Below the pieces are notes generated by a model. The model was given only the letters and a program-made list of their open reading frames with translations. It did not search any database and had not been told where the DNA came from. Below are positions 62,496 to 62,587 of a DNA stretch of 62,587 nt, in pieces. The DNA comes from Patescibacteria group bacterium (GTDB lineage: Bacteria; Patescibacteriota; Patescibacteriia; 2-02-FULL-49-11): positions 1 through 62,587 of the forward strand of contig JBFLWV010000010.1 in assembly GCA_040757655.1 (NCBI GenBank), written 5' to 3'. Every line of letters begins with the position of its first letter. The stretch's first letter is position 1. The position numbers and the translations under genes were made by a program.

Positions 62496-62587
62496 TTAAA
62501 GCTCGAATAGTCTCAACTGCTTAAGATTATGCTCTCGACCTTGCTGTTTGATATAGTTTTCAATGATGTGCTTATTCCCTTTCCCAC
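62496..62587 (-). CDS. 3' end of a CDS entering from the right edge; C-terminus resembles IS200/IS605 TnpA
   Basis: Translates ...GKGNKHIIENYIKQQGREHNLKQLRLFEL*. The I..YI..Q ending is typical of Y1 transposases, but only 29 aa are visible. Confidence 0.3.
   Translation of the reverse strand, partial: GKGNKHIIENYIKQQGREHNLKQLRLFEL

Noticed and set aside
1-62587. Diversity-generating retroelement, retron or group II intron, as a common accessory feature of small-genome bacteria.
   Set aside because: No reverse-transcriptase-like ORF (no YxDD motif protein) is present, and there is no template/variable repeat pair in the window.
1-62587. Alternative genetic code (UGA recoded).
   Set aside because: Long conserved genes (leuS, recG, clpC, pilB) read through uninterrupted under the standard code, and several end at TGA in sensible positions.

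Overview
62.6-kb bacterial chromosomal window, transcribed almost entirely from the minus strand under the standard genetic code. The gene content points to a CPR/Patescibacteria-like organism (inference only): a compact type IV pilus operon, a Gram-positive-style T4SS-like cluster, giant Cys-rich surface proteins, many small four-helix-bundle (23S rRNA IVS-protein family) genes and almost no metabolism. Layout from left to right follows. (1) A type IV pilus operon on the minus strand, pilM-pilN-pilO-small gene-pilB-receiver-like gene-pilT-like-pilC-pilin (193..9830). (2) A plus-strand block with clpC, comF, tRNA-Ser x2, a membrane protein, tRNA-Arg with two decayed partial copies, and recG (10147..17215). 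(3) An AbiEii toxin-antitoxin cassette flanked by 36-bp direct repeats. (4) A roughly 35-kb minus-strand surface-apparatus region (18791..53330). It holds VirB2/TrbC-like pilins (one fused to an M15 peptidase), a DsbA-like protein, a TolB-like propeller, VirB4, a PrgI/VirB3-like protein, a 1150-aa VirB6-like polytopic protein, two giant secreted proteins of about 1645 aa, a cohesin-like protein and a TSP3-repeat protein. (5) Housekeeping genes rsmA, tsaC, leuS, an M23/LysM peptidase, a DUF2079 membrane protein and tsaD, plus an IS200-like TnpA fragment at the right edge. Four features stand out. First, a serial cassette array (32451..35990) repeats the 3' end of one gene five times, and each copy bounds one small selfish-type gene (DUF3800, NYN, NYN, GIY-YIG, four-helix-bundle). 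Three of these cassettes carry a convergent promoter-plus-terminator mini-transcript. Second, a genome-style family of palindromic elements built from degenerate 7-9 bp repeats fills nearly every intergenic gap. Some of them carry four-helix-bundle genes, and one is an internal-deletion derivative. Third, the same repeat and hairpin sequences are inserted in frame inside essential genes (leuS, tsaD, tsaC, recG, rsmA). Fourth, there are several unclassified repeat or structured elements: a 160-nt element with compensatory stem changes, a 140-bp promoter-proximal repeat, and CGCAGAT iteron-like arrays. All functional calls come from motif recognition by eye; no database searches were run.
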